NCBI RefSeq assembly: GCF_001194135.2
Contig: NC_068986.1
Span: 5,943,378 to 6,007,204 of the forward strand
Direction of reading: 5' to 3'
DNA from: Octopus bimaculoides
Lineage: Eukaryota
DNA length: 63,827 bases
Shown in pieces: positions 1 to 13,947 of this stretch (within the stretch, counting starts at the first letter, position 1; every line of letters begins with the position of its first letter). Under the pieces are notes generated by a model that worked only from the letters and a program-made list of their open reading frames with translations, was not told where the DNA came from and made no database searches. The position numbers and the translations under genes were made by a program.

Positions 1-44
<44 letters not shown>
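1..44. repeat. (TA)n microsatellite
   Basis: Direct reading. Confidence 0.95.
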
Positions 45-47
<3 letters not shown>

Positions 48-194
48 AAAATATAAATATATACATATATATATGTATATATATACACACAAACATATAC
101 AAACATGTAAATAAATACATAGTGAAAGTAATTGAAATTGAAACTATTATATCATTATTATAGAGATGTTATTGTTTTACTTTTAACACATAAT

Positions 195-383
195 CCTGAA
201 ACAGTGTAAGAGATAAGAGATTGGGCTCGCATTAGGCAAGAAGTTCAAAGTTTCTTTAGCCCATGACACTCCATAGTTCCTAAATAAGGCATGTGTAAAA
301 TTTGAATGAAATCGGTTGGGTAGTTCTCGAGTTTTAGTGATGCACACATACAGACACACATTCTCAGTTTTATATATCTAGAT
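195..383 (+). mobile_element. Possible non-autonomous Helitron/Helentron-type 3' end
   Basis: aaatttgaatgaaatcggttgggtagttctcgagtttt, then a CA-rich spacer, then ttttatatatCTAG|at. This layout recalls invertebrate non-autonomous helitrons, and CTRR is the Helitron terminus. Confidence 0.4.
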
Positions 384-1066
384 TTAATCTGGTAGTTTTA
401 TCAAGTTCATCTCTGTTATAAATATTTTGAGCAGCTGAAGTCTGTTGGCTTTGTGAAACACTACTTTAAACTAAGTCACTGGAACAGACAGTTATTAATT
501 AATTTGCTAGGTATAAATCTCTAGTAGTTGCTTCGTCCAAAACTTTGGTATAACAACTACAGAGGGATATGACCTTATAACTTGAGAAGAAAATGTGACT
601 GAAACTTTATTAGTGAGACAAGAATGACTACGATTGGATACCAGAGAACAATCAGAGATCAAATGTAATTCTCCTCCTTCTCAGCTATGTCCTATCTCCA
701 GTCAATTACTCTGGCAAGAAGGGTGTTAGCTTGTACATGGAATCTAAAGGTTAAGTCAGTGTCTTAGATGACACACAGCATAATATTTTATAGTTGTCCA
801 TTGGATGAAAAGAAATAGGAAATTCTTATCTGCCAAACTGAATTGAGCTCAAGTTTTCCTGTTCCAGATAACACCATACTGATAAACTACGCTCTGCTAC
901 AATACATTTCAAAAAGGGTAAAATTATGTCAAATTTTAGCTTTCAATATAGGAAAATATGGCACCATAAATTAGTACTTTTGTTACTAACTGTTGATTGG
1001 ACAGGTGTTAGAATGTCACCTGGTTTAGTTATTTATTTTAAAGAGATAAAATGTAAAAGTTTGAAG

Positions 1067-1070
<4 letters not shown>

Positions 1071-1110
<40 letters not shown>

Positions 1111-1144
1111 AATGTATAGATACGTATGTATGTCTATGTGTGTG

Positions 1145-1189
<45 letters not shown>

Positions 1190-1199
1190 NNNNNNNNNN
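1071..1199. repeat. (CT)n/(CA)n microsatellites and a 10-N gap (1190-1199)
   Basis: Direct reading. Confidence 0.95.
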
Positions 1200-3730
1200 T
1201 CTTGCAACTGTCTCACTAGAAATAAGGCATCAGTAGTGCTTTTACCTGGCACGAACCCAAACTGCATCTCATCTAAATTGATTCGCTATATATATATATA
1301 AATACATTTTTAAAGTTCTTTTCCCTGCTTGTCTGGTTGGTGGTTGGATCTAGTCATTGTTATCTAATACTCATAGCAACATAGAACATGGTACAACAGC
1401 TCATTGTTGAGTGCCATATACATACATTCTTTCATGACTCATTCTTAGAAAAGTTTATTCAATCATTATCGATCATTTCCCCTTGGTAACCTGATAGCTA
1501 TCTTGGCAGCTTTTATTCAGAAAGATGAAAATGGTATGTTGACTATTCAAGCTATCAAATTTCGCAGGATTTCCTTTACCCATGCAATGTAGAGCCTCTC
1601 CTTTTCAGCCTTTCAAATTTTCTTTTTGTATCAACGTTTATCTTTGAAATCTTGTTTGAGCCAAATGTCTCTTATAGTGTTGTGCCACACTATGCTGTAT
1701 TATATGACAAAGAAGACATTCTGTCACATACTCTCTCTCTCTCATACATGCTCTCACCTACAACAACATTATGAGTACATTCTTACTCACATGGCATATT
1801 GGCTTGAAACTGTCATGAACTCATTTTACCTCTCATTTTCTCCGACATTCTCTCAATACACAGCGTGAGAAGAATTCTCTTATTCACATCTTTTTACATC
1901 AGTTCAGTACTGTGAAAATGTTCTCTCATGCAGACATATATATTCTCTACATAAGTACATTCTCCCTCACACGTGTGTGCTAGATACTGAAAGGAACATG
2001 CTTTTATGCAGATGTACACACTGTCCTGCTCATTATAATACATTATGACACAACACCTAATCATTTTATATGGATGTTTGAAATTCATACTATTTCATAT
2101 TAATTTTTCTGCAAAACATTTGTGTTAAAATGAACTTTACCATATCTTTATGATGGCAAACATTTTGTAATAACTACAGTCATGTCTATCCTGTATTTTT
2201 ATATTACTTCTGTATTAATCCATTCTAATCAAACTAATTTCATTAATGAAATAAAACCGGTTGCGAGATCTCATACCACCAGTCAATTTAAACTCTATTA
2301 CTGAAATTGTGTCATTTTCATTTGGTATGACTGAAAGCCCTTTCTATTGCCAACAACTTCACAGTATAATAGATTAGGTATACATTATCATACCACCAGT
2401 GTTTTAGAGATTGTCTCAGCAGCAAGATTGAAGATTCCCCTCTACGTTGTATTAGCTTTTAGTTGTAGCTGTTACTTCTACTCCCAAGACTGGCTATGTA
2501 TGTAAATGATAGGCTCTTGTGTTGATTTCAGTGCATGAGCATCCAGTTGTTTGATCAATTGGATAATCAGCTCACTGAATTAGAATGCAAAGTGGCTGAG
2601 TATTCTGCAGACATTTGTATTGAGAACACAATTCTTAAATAGAATCAGCATAGCACAGAGTATGCCAAAAGCTGGCTGAACTTTTGAGTTACAGGTACAG
2701 TCCATCTGGTGGGCTTCTGAAATTTCCTATATATATGTGTATACATGTGTACATACACAGTCACTCACACACGCGCATGCACGTGTGTGAATGGTTTATT
2801 TTTGATTTGTTTTTATTTGTTGCACAAGCTATGCAATGCTCTTTATTACTATTTTTTCCTTTGAGTTATTTCATCTGGATAATGCCAATTTCTAAGTCCC
2901 TTCTTCTGCCCCAGCTATTATCTTCAATTAAACTTCTAACTGTTTATTCTTCTGTATCATTTGTTCCCTTCTCATTATATATGTGCAATTGTAATTTGTA
3001 TATTCATTGATTGATGCCAGTCTGACTATATGATAGCCAGTTGTTTATGCACATCTGGTTCATACTTTGCTTATTCTTGTTCAAGTGTTGTGGTTCATCC
3101 CATAAAGTATTTCACTTCTTGTATGATACTTTCAAATGAATCTACAACTAAAATTAACATTTCTTTATTCATTGTAGTTTTTCATTTACTCGAGTTCTTT
3201 GCATGTCTAGTAATTGTATTTCAATGACAGTATTTCCGAGTAATTTTAATATCATTCAATCATTTTTATTTGATTAGAAACATTCCATGAATTTTTATTA
3301 TTTTTTTGTATTCTTTTTGTATCTATTTCCATATAATTTTCCTCATGGATTTTTTTTATCAGTTTTCTATTTTATCTTTGATAAAATAATAATAATTAAA
3401 AATAATAAAGATACTGCTATTACATTTCCACCCACAATCTCCAAGTATCAGATTTCTTGAATATCAGTAACTAGTCTGTTCTTGAACAGTGATTTATCTA
3501 TTGTGTTTCAAATCTTTCAGGAATGTTATATCATCATACACATTTAAGCAGAGTTTTCATCACTACGTTGTCATTTGAATCAGATTTATTAACATTATAA
3601 TCATTATCATCTAGATTTTTTTTCTTTCTTTTGATAACATTGTTATTACATAATTATCTTTGAGGCTATTCTTTTGGAAACTATTTGAAATAATGCTTTC
3701 ATTGTGTCTTTTTTCTTTTTATTTGTTCAG

Positions 3731-3817
3731 GATGATTCTGAAGAATATGACTCAAAGTTGGATTTAGAAGAATTATTAAATTTAGAAACAGACAGTGAAA
3801 GAAGATGTTATGCAATG
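3731..3817 (+). CDS. PPP1R14: Internal coding exon (87 nt, phase 0-0) of a PPP1R14/CPI-17/PHI-1-family PP1 inhibitor
   Basis: Polypyrimidine tract plus ttcag acceptor at 3730 and strong gtaagt donor at 3818. Open frame DDSEEYDSKLDLEELLNLETDSERRCYAM resembles the acidic xIDxDELLxxESDxxR segment of PPP1R14 proteins. Family assigned from recall; paralogue letter not assignable. Confidence 0.75.
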
Positions 3818-4149
3818 GTAAGTAACAATTCTAATCTTAAAACTCATAAATATCACTTTTTTTCTTTTACTTTGATTAACCAAACAATAATTTTCATTTT
3901 CTTTATTTAGTATAGACAATTTCTTGTCATTATTGTTGGGTCCACTACTCAAGTGGACCCAACAGAGGGACTAGCTTTTCTATTTAATAGCCATATAGTA
4001 ATATAGTTTAATGTATTTTTAAAGAAACAAAGGCAAAGAGAACAACTGCATCATCAAGGATAATTGCTGAGATATTGAAAATATCTGGCAAAATAAGATA
4101 TTTAATAAGCATTAGTAACTTGTATAATCAATCAGAGAATATAGGGAGG

Positions 4150-4660
4150 TATTATCCCCAGTGACTGGCATGGTAATGTCATCATCAACTGTCACAAAAG
4201 CAAAAGACATGCTTTAGAAGGAAGCAACTACAGAAGCATCACACTGATGGACCAGATTATGAAAGTAGCAGAAAGAAGTAGCTTAGATGAAATTCACTTT
4301 GAGTTTGTGTTAGGATCGAGTAGAACTGAAGCCATCTTCCTAGTCAGACCAATACAGAGTAAACCTTTATACCTAACCTTCATTGATTTGGAGAAGACCT
4401 TTGTTAGGGTTCATCTCTGTAGTATGACAGTCATTAAGAAAGCTAGGTGTTGGTGAAATTTGTGCAAGCTATGTACAGAGATACTGCTTGCAAAGTGAGA
4501 AGTCACAATGAGTGCAGCAGGTAAGAAAATATCGAGTGTTTCAAGTAGAAAAACTCTGCAGAAAAGGACGACCAAAGATGATTTGGGAAAAGTAATGAAA
4601 GTTGATCTCAGGATGCTGAACATTCTGAAGGAGATGACAAAGGATTTCAATTAGTTGCAA
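4150..4660 (+). mobile_element. Decayed RTE-clade LINE reverse transcriptase fragment
   Basis: LDEIHFEFVLGSSRTEAIFLVRPIQSKPLYLTFIDLEKTFVRV resembles the RT motif QFGFxPGRSTTDAIFxVRQLQEK...LYLAFVDLEKAFDRV. Contains frameshifts and deletions. Confidence 0.75.
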
Positions 4661-5137
4661 AATACTGTACTAGTGAAAAACCTGCACAAACATGGAAAAA
4701 TGGGGGTAAATTGATGATTTTTAACTTGGACAGATTATCTACCTGTTTGCAATTATTATTGGATGGCTTAAGCAGTCTAATAAGAGACTGAGCAGTAAGG
4801 TAACCTTATCCCACAAACTAAACTTACTGACATGGCAATGAAGTTTCCTTCAGCAATTTATTAATATCTAAACTAATCAAAAGTGAACTTCATTTTCAAC
4901 TGGGAACTGTTCTTTTCCATGCTGTCCACACTACATCTAGGTAACAATTACAAATTTGATTGGAAATTCTGCATGGAATTTAATGAGCAAGTAATTATAT
5001 ATAAGGATGGGATGTCCTGAAAGTGAGGTAGTAAGGAATGTACTGAAACTGTGGTTGTAAGGATTGTGTTACCAGGAACATTGTGTTTTTCTTTCTAAGT
5101 TGCTATTTTCCCAGTTGATCGTACTTTTCATGTTACT

Positions 5138-5225
5138 CATCATCATCATCATCATCATTGTTTAACGTCCGCTTTCCATGCTAGCATGGGTTGGACAATT
5201 TGACTGAGGATTGGTGAAACCGGAT
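5138..5225 (-). mobile_element. RTE-type 3' tail fragment ending in (GAT)n
   Basis: Reverse complement matches the tail at 58990-59071 (ccaacccatgctagcatggaaagc..gacgttaaac..gatgatgat). Further diverged tails lie near 17960, 18380-18560, 26750-26950, 35380, 39260, 51240-51600 and 60280-60860. Confidence 0.8.
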
Positions 5226-7374
5226 TCACTGCAAATCTTATATCAATTAGTTTCTTGCAAGTTAGTTTTGTGTCAAACTACTTGAGTCACTCAGTTTTGG
5301 GTAAAAACATGTGGTAGTTCACAAGATTTTATACAATAAATTATCTAAATTACAAAGTTATTTGCTGGGTACTCATATTAATTGAATTTGGGTTTTCTGC
5401 TGTATGTGTGCATATACTTTGGAAGACAATACAATTTCTAATACATTATATCAGTGTTGTTTATGCTAAAAATGATGCAGCAGACTGAAGGTAAAATGGT
5501 GATAATAAGAATAGCTACCTAAATTAGATAAAATCAAAAATATTTTATTAATTTATACATTTTACATATCTTACTTCAATGGCATTTAAATTATTTTCTG
5601 ACTCATACTAATAATTTGAAATTAGCCCTGACAAAAATTAGGATTAATCTGAAGCAAAAACATTATTACATGTCATTGAGTATAAAACATTTAAAGAGTA
5701 TTCCTAATGCAAAATATGAAAATTATGGTCAATAGAAATATTTGATTTCTGTCGACACTTCCAGTATTACATTCTATTTGTGGAGTGCATACTTATGTAC
5801 TTTGATAGTAATTACTGGCAGCATTGGGATTGTCTGTAGTAATTGGTGTTTTATCACAATATTAGCCAGATGATGTTGCTTTGAAGATTGTCTCTACTTA
5901 TCAAATATATAAAAGCATGAAAAATATTGAATCATCTGGGAACGGATGACCTGTGGGCGTCTTTTCAAAACTATGGCTTAGTCTCTGATAGAGAATCGGG
6001 TGGTAGTAATGGGGCTGCAACTACTGTTGAACTTGGAAAGTGATAATGAAATAGGATATTTGGCGCACCTATCCAAGCTGCAAGTTGCAGTGAGGTCTCA
6101 CGTTTTAGCAGTAAGTTGGCTGAGTTGATGACTTAGATTGAATAATTTAATCTACATTGCTCCAGTTCACTTAGTTGAGGAGAACAGGTGCCAGATTTCA
6201 TGATCATGCATGAGATAACAAGTAATTTGACTAAGTATTTATTATGTTTGTGTATGATGTAAATATTTATTCTTACGTGTGGGTTATTCCATGACAAATG
6301 GTTTGATTTCAGAATGTTTTCTATCTGTCTTCTCAAATTTTTTTCTAACTTTTTTTCCTTTGAGTCTTAAAGGAAGTTTAATAAAATTTTTGCATCATAT
6401 CTTTTCCAGTTCTGTTATAAGGTCTCTAGGAGCAATACGTAGTCCAGCTTTTATTATCTGGCAATAAATTAGTTTTACAGTTATAAATTTACTGCCATTC
6501 AACACAAAAATTTTACTGCTCAGAAAATTTGTTCCTGGAGCCAAAACATAATATAGATTTCAAAAATCACAACGGTATAACTTCAGAAAATATCACTTTA
6601 TTACAAAAAAAAAAAAATTGTCAAAATGTGTTTGAAATGTTGTTGGATAAATTTAGGAGACAGAATTTAACAGATCAAAGATCTGGGATTAGTCAACTGT
6701 ATGGATGCTTTAATAAAATTCACGAGCTACTGCTAATATACAAACAGAAATATTCCAATCTATGTCTTGGCTGTTATAGTTCTGGTAGCGAATTAGCTAT
6801 TACAAGTAAATTACAATAATTTATTACAGTAAATTACCAGTCTTATACTGAAGTGGATTTCTGTCTGCCTGTCTACCCCACTCTCTCTCCCTCTCCCTCA
6901 AAGAACTTGGCTATGGTCAGACCTGGAGGAGATTGGCTCCAGTAAGTTAATAAAAAAAAATATCCAATACATACTGTGTCTTATAATAGCTAACTCATTA
7001 CAACTCCATCCACAGAAGAGCACCCAAAAACTTCAAAAGTGTTTGAAAGTAAAAATACTTCATCTTTGAGGTCAAAGTGAAAATAAAACTTACAATACAC
7101 CTTAACAAAAATCAATAAAAAAAAACAACATTGTGTACTGAAATACTGCGGCCTAGTTGTTGTTGCTGAGTTACTCTTGTCATCTTTATCAAGTAGGCAA
7201 ATGACATGTTAGAAGTTGAATAACTGGTTGCAATGTAGAGATCCAGTGCTCTCCGTAGATCATGCCACTGTCTAGTTCAAGACTATACTATACAGTCTCA
7301 CATGCACTTGTTTGCCAAATAGGGTGTAAGGTGGTAGCCTGGGTGTATTACATTTTCTATATTTTTGAGCCTGT

Positions 7375-7650
7375 TGTTGTTTAGTCTCAGATCAACCCTG
7401 ATTAAACAGACTTATGAGCAAAAGCTTTACAGTCATGACTCTCCTGCTTTTCTGTCAAGTATTGTGCACCTAGGACTACAACATCTGCATGTCTCCTTTG
7501 GCAGGGTGTGAGTCGAGGGGTATTTGGTTGTTAACAGCTCAACTGACTACATTGAGGTTCTCTTATTGGTTTTTCTGTTGTGTTGTTTAGCCCTAGGCTA
7601 GTTCTGTTTGAGCTGGCCTCTGACCAGATGTTCTTGCTGTGACTATCTCA
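7375..7650 (+). mobile_element. Unclassified dispersed repeat (ttgtttag..cagacctatgatcaaagg..ccagccatgacc family)
   Basis: Related diverged copies at about 28885-29095 and 59655-59850. Confidence 0.5.
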
Positions 7651-9092
7651 ACTTTTTATCAGATATATGGTAGATAATACTACATTATTAAAATGTGTCA
7701 ATTCAGTTTTGTAAGAAAGAAATGATCCAAATGAGAATAAGGTCACTACATCTAACATGATGAATAACCATGTAGAGGCTTCCTTGTTTAGCTTTCTATG
7801 ATTTGCTTGTGTTAGGCTGATATGTTTTGTTGGTGGCCACAACACATACTGGCAATGTGTCCTTATGTCTTGCTTCTTTTTTGGCAGTCTAAAAGAACTT
7901 CTTATTCCTTAACTTTCTAAATGAGATTCTGACATTCTAACTTTTTTGAAGCATTTTACTCTTGATTTTTGCTGGCCAGTTCTATACAGCCTTTTGTTAT
8001 ACTGCACTGTGCTCTACAGTATTACATTGTGGTGTTGTGAATCACTCTATACACCGTGTTGTGCTTTTACCACTCATTTGAGATGTTCATTGCTCACTCT
8101 TTCTACATATTAGTGGTTTAGATTGCAGTTAAAACTGTTATGGTCTTTATGAGAACTATCTACAGAGAAAAAGAAATAGGAATTTATATTTTCATCTTAT
8201 TGAAATAGAGCTGTTGATTAAGAATATAAAAGTAAAGTTAGTGCTTGTGGGATGATGATATTATCAATTTCAATTTTTTATTGGGCAGTAGGATTGTTTG
8301 AAACAGTGGAATGCTTGACAAAATGTTCAGTCATTAGAACATTGGATAGAATGCCTTGAGGTGTTTGTTTCAACTTTCTGTGCTCTGAGTTCAAATCCTG
8401 CTATGGTCAGCTTTGCTTTACATACTTATGGTGTCAGGAAAAAGACAAAAAAGACAAAAAAAAAACAACAAGAAAATAACAAGAAAACAACTCCACTAAT
8501 CCAGGGCAGTGGATTGTCAGAGCAGGATGCCTAGCAGTATTTGTTCCAACTCTTGTTCTGAGTTCAAATCCCATATAACCTACTTGGGTGGTAGACTTCA
8601 TCTTTTGCCCATTTTAACACCACCACCTTGTACTTTGGGTGTCTTTAGTGGAGTCCACTCTGATGCAAGCATTCAGGCCAGGCCTCCAGCTTGAGGGTAA
8701 TTTCCTCCCTTTCTCCTTCCATCTCACCAGTCTTAGAGACCCTGTTAAGGATCATGGGCAATACCTTCTTACCTGGCTAAAAGATTAAAAGCAAAAAAAT
8801 CAACCCATTTTGCACTAGGGGATTCAGAGTTAGCTACATCCCTGCCCACCAGATTAGGCCTGCCAAAATTGAGATATGCCTTATATACTCAAAAATACCT
8901 TTATTTCCTTTCAACTATTCATATGTAGCCATTCTAAGTAACTAGTCATTATTTACCATTTTTATAAATGGAGCATAATATCTGCAAAGTCTGATCAGAT
9001 CTGCTCTCATCTACATCCCAAAGTTAACGCCTATAAAGTTATATTTATTGCAGTATAAAAACTTTGTTATTTTTTTTAAACAATTACCAACA

Positions 9093-9273
9093 GGCACAGG
9101 TGTGGCTGTGTGGTAAGTAGCTTGCCTATCAACCACATGGTTCCGGGTTCAGTCCCACTGCGTGGCACCTTGGGCAAGTGTATTCTACTATAGCCTCGGG
9201 CCGACCAAAGCCTTGTGAGTGGATTTGGTAGACAGAAACTGAAAGAAGCCTGTCGTATATATGTATATGTATG

Positions 9274-9305
<32 letters not shown>

Positions 9306-9522
9306 ATGTATGTGTGTTTGTGTGTCTGTGTTTGTTCCCTCACCTTCGCTTGACAACCGATGCTGGTGTGTTTACATCCCTGTAACTTAGCGGTTCGGCA
9401 AAAAGAGACCAATAGAATAAGTACTAGGCTTACAAAGAATAAATCCTGGGGTCGATTTTCTCGACTAAAAGCAGTGCTCCAGCATGGCCGCAGTCAAATG
9501 ACTGAAACAAGTAAAAGAGTAA
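9093..9522 (+). mobile_element. Full-length tRNA-headed SINE with internal (TA)/(TG) microsatellite (family A1)
   Basis: A-box-like gtggctgtgtggtaag and B-box-like gggttcagtcc; homologous to 55990-56430 and to the split copy at 21700-23462. Confidence 0.85.
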
Positions 9523-10249
9523 CAATGTTATAATTTTACCAGCATTGTCTTTCACTTACTTACATTGCTATATGTGGGTAATTGCTTGCTTCTATTGTCT
9601 TATGTAACATTGAACCAAATTATAAAACTAATTTAGAGACTATTTTAGCTCTCCGAATTCATTTTTTTGAACTCTCTTCTTCCCAACATCTGTCTCATCT
9701 CATTAACTACTGTCTGCTTAGTGCACCCCCTACTAGAGTTAATAAAAGAAACATTTTTCAAATTGGTTGTTTTTGAATTGTCTCTCCATAATATAAAGTG
9801 ATTTATTGATTGTTGTATTTTCTACTTAGCCACTCTAAGATACCCCCCACTAACATATCGATTGGCATATTGATTGATTTTTTTTGTTTTTGTTTTTGGA
9901 AAATCCCAGTTCTCATACTCTTGTTATTTATACTTTAATATTGATGCACGTCTGTACTTGTTTACATATGGTTGCTATGTTGTGTTAAAAACATGCAACC
10001 TGCTGCATTTGTGTTCAGTTTGAGTTGGAATTCACTTTTTACATTTGTTTTCATATTGATAACTTTTTTCAACTTTTCTTTTCACTTTTTTCAACTGGAT
10101 GTATATGCAAATTAGTGTTTCCAGGAGTAAACGTTTTTGCATCTGGGTAAATAAAGACATTCTGTAATCTTAACAGATTGTAGGCTTACCATTTAATGGC
10201 TTCATCTTCATGTCTATCAAAGACAAATTAACCTGATGGGACTGGTCTC

Positions 10250-10460
10250 CTTTCAAATTGCTATGGCTAGGAATCATGGATATTTGGAGTGAGAAAAGTG
10301 AAATGTAAGTTTGTTATTCATGGACCAAGAATTTAGCATCATTAGGTACTTCCCTTCACTTATTGTGTTGCTGTCAAGTCTGTTATCAAGATCGTTAATT
10401 ATAATGTATTGGATTTCTTTGTTGAGAACTATATCTCTAAAAATTGTCTGACAGCCAATG
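10250..10460 (-). mobile_element. Decayed CR1/L2-group LINE RT fragment
   Basis: IIINDLDNRLDSN...LNSWSMNNKLTFH resembles IFINDLDxxxxx...FADD...WxxxNxMxFN; the catalytic DD is not retained. Confidence 0.45.
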
Positions 10461-11715
10461 AAAAAAATGTAATAAGTATTGAACAATGAAAACTGAAATG
10501 ATGTTGGTTATGATGTTTCTTCATAGCTATACATATATGTCGTTTATTGGTTGTTATTCCAACTAATATTCATTTTCAAGAGAAAGTAATTATTGGAAGA
10601 ATTTGATGAGTACTGAACTAAATATGAATTTATTAATTATGATGTTCAAAGTTCATTAGTGTTAACTTTGACTTTCATCTCTTTGTGAGCCAATAAAGTA
10701 AATGCCAGAATATACAGGAGTTGATCTAATCAGGCACATTCTTCCTTTTAAAAAAATTGGTTCTGTGTCTACTGAAAAAAATAATTGATATTGATTGTTA
10801 AGTGATCAAATTTCATAAATTAGTATTAATTTCTAAATAGTTTTTCTTCTTCTTTTCTTTTAACAACCCCTATAAATTGAACCCAAATAATATTATGTGA
10901 AGCAAGCTTTGTGAACATGTGTTGTTTATGACTGGTTATTTTATTTTTCTGTTTTACTTGTTGAGTCTGGAAGAATGGTAGTGTTCATGATCTTCATATG
11001 CCTGTGCGTCCCCTTTTTTGGGAAGAGGGCTGCATGTGACATGGCTCATCATTAAGCAGGCCACACTACTAAAATTATCCAAAGAAATTTTTCATTAGAT
11101 ATGCCATTCAGAAGCTCTCATGAGCCACAAGTTGTCCATGACTGATTTGAATTTTTGCCAGTCAATAACAGTAAGAGAGCATTGGCAGGAATAAGATTTC
11201 AGAGGACTAATGATCTGTGGAGAAAAGACAGCATAGTGATTAGTGAGGAGCTGGGTGGGGGAGGTCAGACACAATTGTGATGAGATGTGGAGACATAAGT
11301 GAGTTAGGAGTGCCTGAATGGAAGAGTTATATGAGACCAATCAGCTCCAAGGAACAGAGGCCATTATAGTAGCAATAATTTTAACACTTCAGTTATATGA
11401 CAACCATTTCTCTCTGGTTCTTTTGCTAGAAACCTTTTGCCATACTGGCTCAGCTGTAATAAGGGTAATTGGTTTGTTAATTTAAAACATTTTTCCTTTC
11501 ATCATGGGATCAAGTATATTTTAAGTGAAATTTGTATATTTGTCAATTCATTAATAATGATTTACTCTGTTTCTTTATTGATATAATTTATTGACCGAGT
11601 AAAAACAGAAAGTGGTTTTATAATCAACTTGTTTGCTCCAGACTTGTTTGTTTGCCAAGTTTAATGTTTTTTGTCAACTTGTATTGTAAAGTGTAGTCTA
11701 CTACTTTAATATATT

Positions 11716-11753
<38 letters not shown>

Positions 11754-11761
11754 TATATGTA

Positions 11762-11813
<52 letters not shown>

Positions 11814-12561
11814 TAGGAGGCTAAGTTGATAGGATACTGAGCAACTAGACAAGTTTGTATCCCTTTGCAAGCATAATATTGTTTGTGACCTAAGATATAT
11901 AGGGTTAACCAGTATTGTAAAATTTTGCAAGTGAATCAATAGTTTACAGTGCTGGCTTCATTTTCTGTTGGTCTCAAGAAGTTACATCACTACTCACGCT
12001 TAGGCACAGAGCATCTTATTCATCTTGCCTTTGGTTCAGTTGATGTAAGTGTATAGAAGAAGGTGCAATGGGATTAGTTACATTTAGTGATTTTAACTAA
12101 TAATGTTTTGGTAAAAAGCCTATTTTTATTGGGACATGGTCGATTGTATGAACTCTACTGTTTTACTAGTATTTATTTGACCTTGACAAAGCATGAAAGA
12201 CAAAGTGGGTATTAGTGTAAAGTAAGCACTGTAAAGGAATTAATCTGATTATCTGTCCTGTGCATAATTTTGACTGTTTTCAAATAAACCCATTTATGAT
12301 TATATTTCTGCTATGTGTGTTAATTAATTTTGAAAATAATCGATAATTTAGTGGGATTTAGCAATTTTGGTATTTGGGATATGACTTAACAAAAGGTTTT
12401 TACATAAAATTTTGGAGGGTAAGTTCTCACAAAAGTATGAAAACTTTAAAATGAACAATTACGTATTGTAGAAACTGAGTTGGTTTCAGGCTTGTCTGTA
12501 ATAAAAGGTTAAATTACAGTTATTCTGATTAGAGGACAAATTGGATATCAAATAAAACAAA

Positions 12562-12728
12562 TACAAGGGGGTGTTGAAAAGTTCCTGGCTTTAGGGATCT
12601 TGCAAAAGGCCTGGTTGGAGGCCCAACCTTCTGAGTTCTTTTGCAGGGCTTAGAATAAAATCATAATTAACTGATCCTCCTGTATTTTCTTTTACCCAAA
12701 GCCAGGAACTTTTCAGCAGCCCCTCATA
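12562..12728. mobile_element. Tc1/mariner-type MITE
   Basis: About 30-bp TIRs: tacaagggggtgttgaaaagttcctggcttt and aaagccaggaacttttcagcagcccctcata, with TA at both ends. Confidence 0.85.
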
Positions 12729-13134
12729 AAGGTGATTGTAGAATAATTTGTTTGTATTTTAAAAATATTATCTTTGTTTTTCTCTTTGTATGATTGGTAG
12801 TTACTATCCTCATTTCTGAGCACTATTATTTGGTTAATACCAACTCTTAATTCAGTTCTAGATTCTTCAATTCATACCTCCCAAAGGTTGCACTTGCTAA
12901 TTATTTCCATTCTATGACATTTCTTCACCACATTATTTTATAGATCTTTTGATATTTATTGTAGAAATTGTGCAGATACAAAAATTAGTCATGTTTATAA
13001 ACAATTTATCAAAAAAGTACTCTTTATCAAGCAAGAGTTAGATCGACTATCTTTTTTTTTTTTGCAGTCTGTTTATTTCCATTTTGATATCCTGTTATAT
13101 TTTCACACTTTTTAAATTTATTGGCATGATCGTA

Positions 13135-13545
13135 GACGCAAGCACAGCTCTTTTTTTAAGTTCACTTTGCGGTTACATGGGTTCAGGTTCAGTCCCACTG
13201 CGTGGCCTCTTGGGCAAATGTCTTCTACAGCCCAGAAGCAACCAAAGCCTTGTGAGTGAATTTGGTGGTCAGAAACTGAAAGAAGTCCATTAACTCTGTG
13301 TGTGTAAAGAGATAAAAAACCATGACTGCCATTGTTTCATTCATTACAATCTTCTGTGAAAACAGGTCTAACTATTGTGCTGTTCTTGTTTGAAGAATTA
13401 GGGTTAATGTTAACTTGCTTGGATACTGATGAAGGTTGGCAATAGAAAGAACATCTGAGAGTAGAAAATCTGTCTCAACTAATTTCTTCTGACCAATGGA
13501 AACGTGGAAAAATGGACATTAAAGCTTTGATGATGAGGATGATTA
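13135..13545 (+). mobile_element. SINE family A2 (A-type head, RTE-like 3' tail)
   Basis: Head matches 9130-9250, but the 3' part differs and ends tggaaaaatggacattaaa..gatgatg. Related copies at 17077-17605 (-) and 40621-40910 (+). Confidence 0.7.
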
Positions 13546-13789
13546 CAATATTTTTATAACTAGTTTTCTTTGAAATTGGTCAATGGTTATGTCTTAGAAA
13601 AATTCATTAACTAGCTATGGAATTAAAAAAAAAAATTATTAATTTACCAATTCCTGCTTAAATTCTTTAAAGGTTATTTTATGCTAACGTTTTTAATGTT
13701 GTCTGCCATAAATTAAGTAATCAATACTTATAACATATACAGGCCATGTTTTAACATATTGCATTATAGCAAATCATTGCAATGATTTG

Positions 13790-13804
13790 ATATCTATATA
13801 TATG

Positions 13805-13837
<33 letters not shown>

Positions 13838-13889
13838 GTATATATATATATGTGTATATATATATATATATGTGTGTGTATATATATAT

Positions 13890-13947
<58 letters not shown>

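Noticed and set aside
3704-3910. ORF MSFFFLFVQDDSEEY... as a single-exon gene
   Set aside because: Its Phe-rich ends are the polypyrimidine tract and intron; only 3731-3817 is bounded by splice sites.
6529-6819. 96-aa ORF as a host exon
   Set aside because: No recognisable motif, contains an A-run, and lacks convincing splice sites.
12229-12545. Possible DNA transposon bounded by actgtaa/ttacagt; similar short inverted pair at 6485-6835
   Set aside because: Inverted matches of 7-9 bp in AT-rich DNA with no TSD or second copy.
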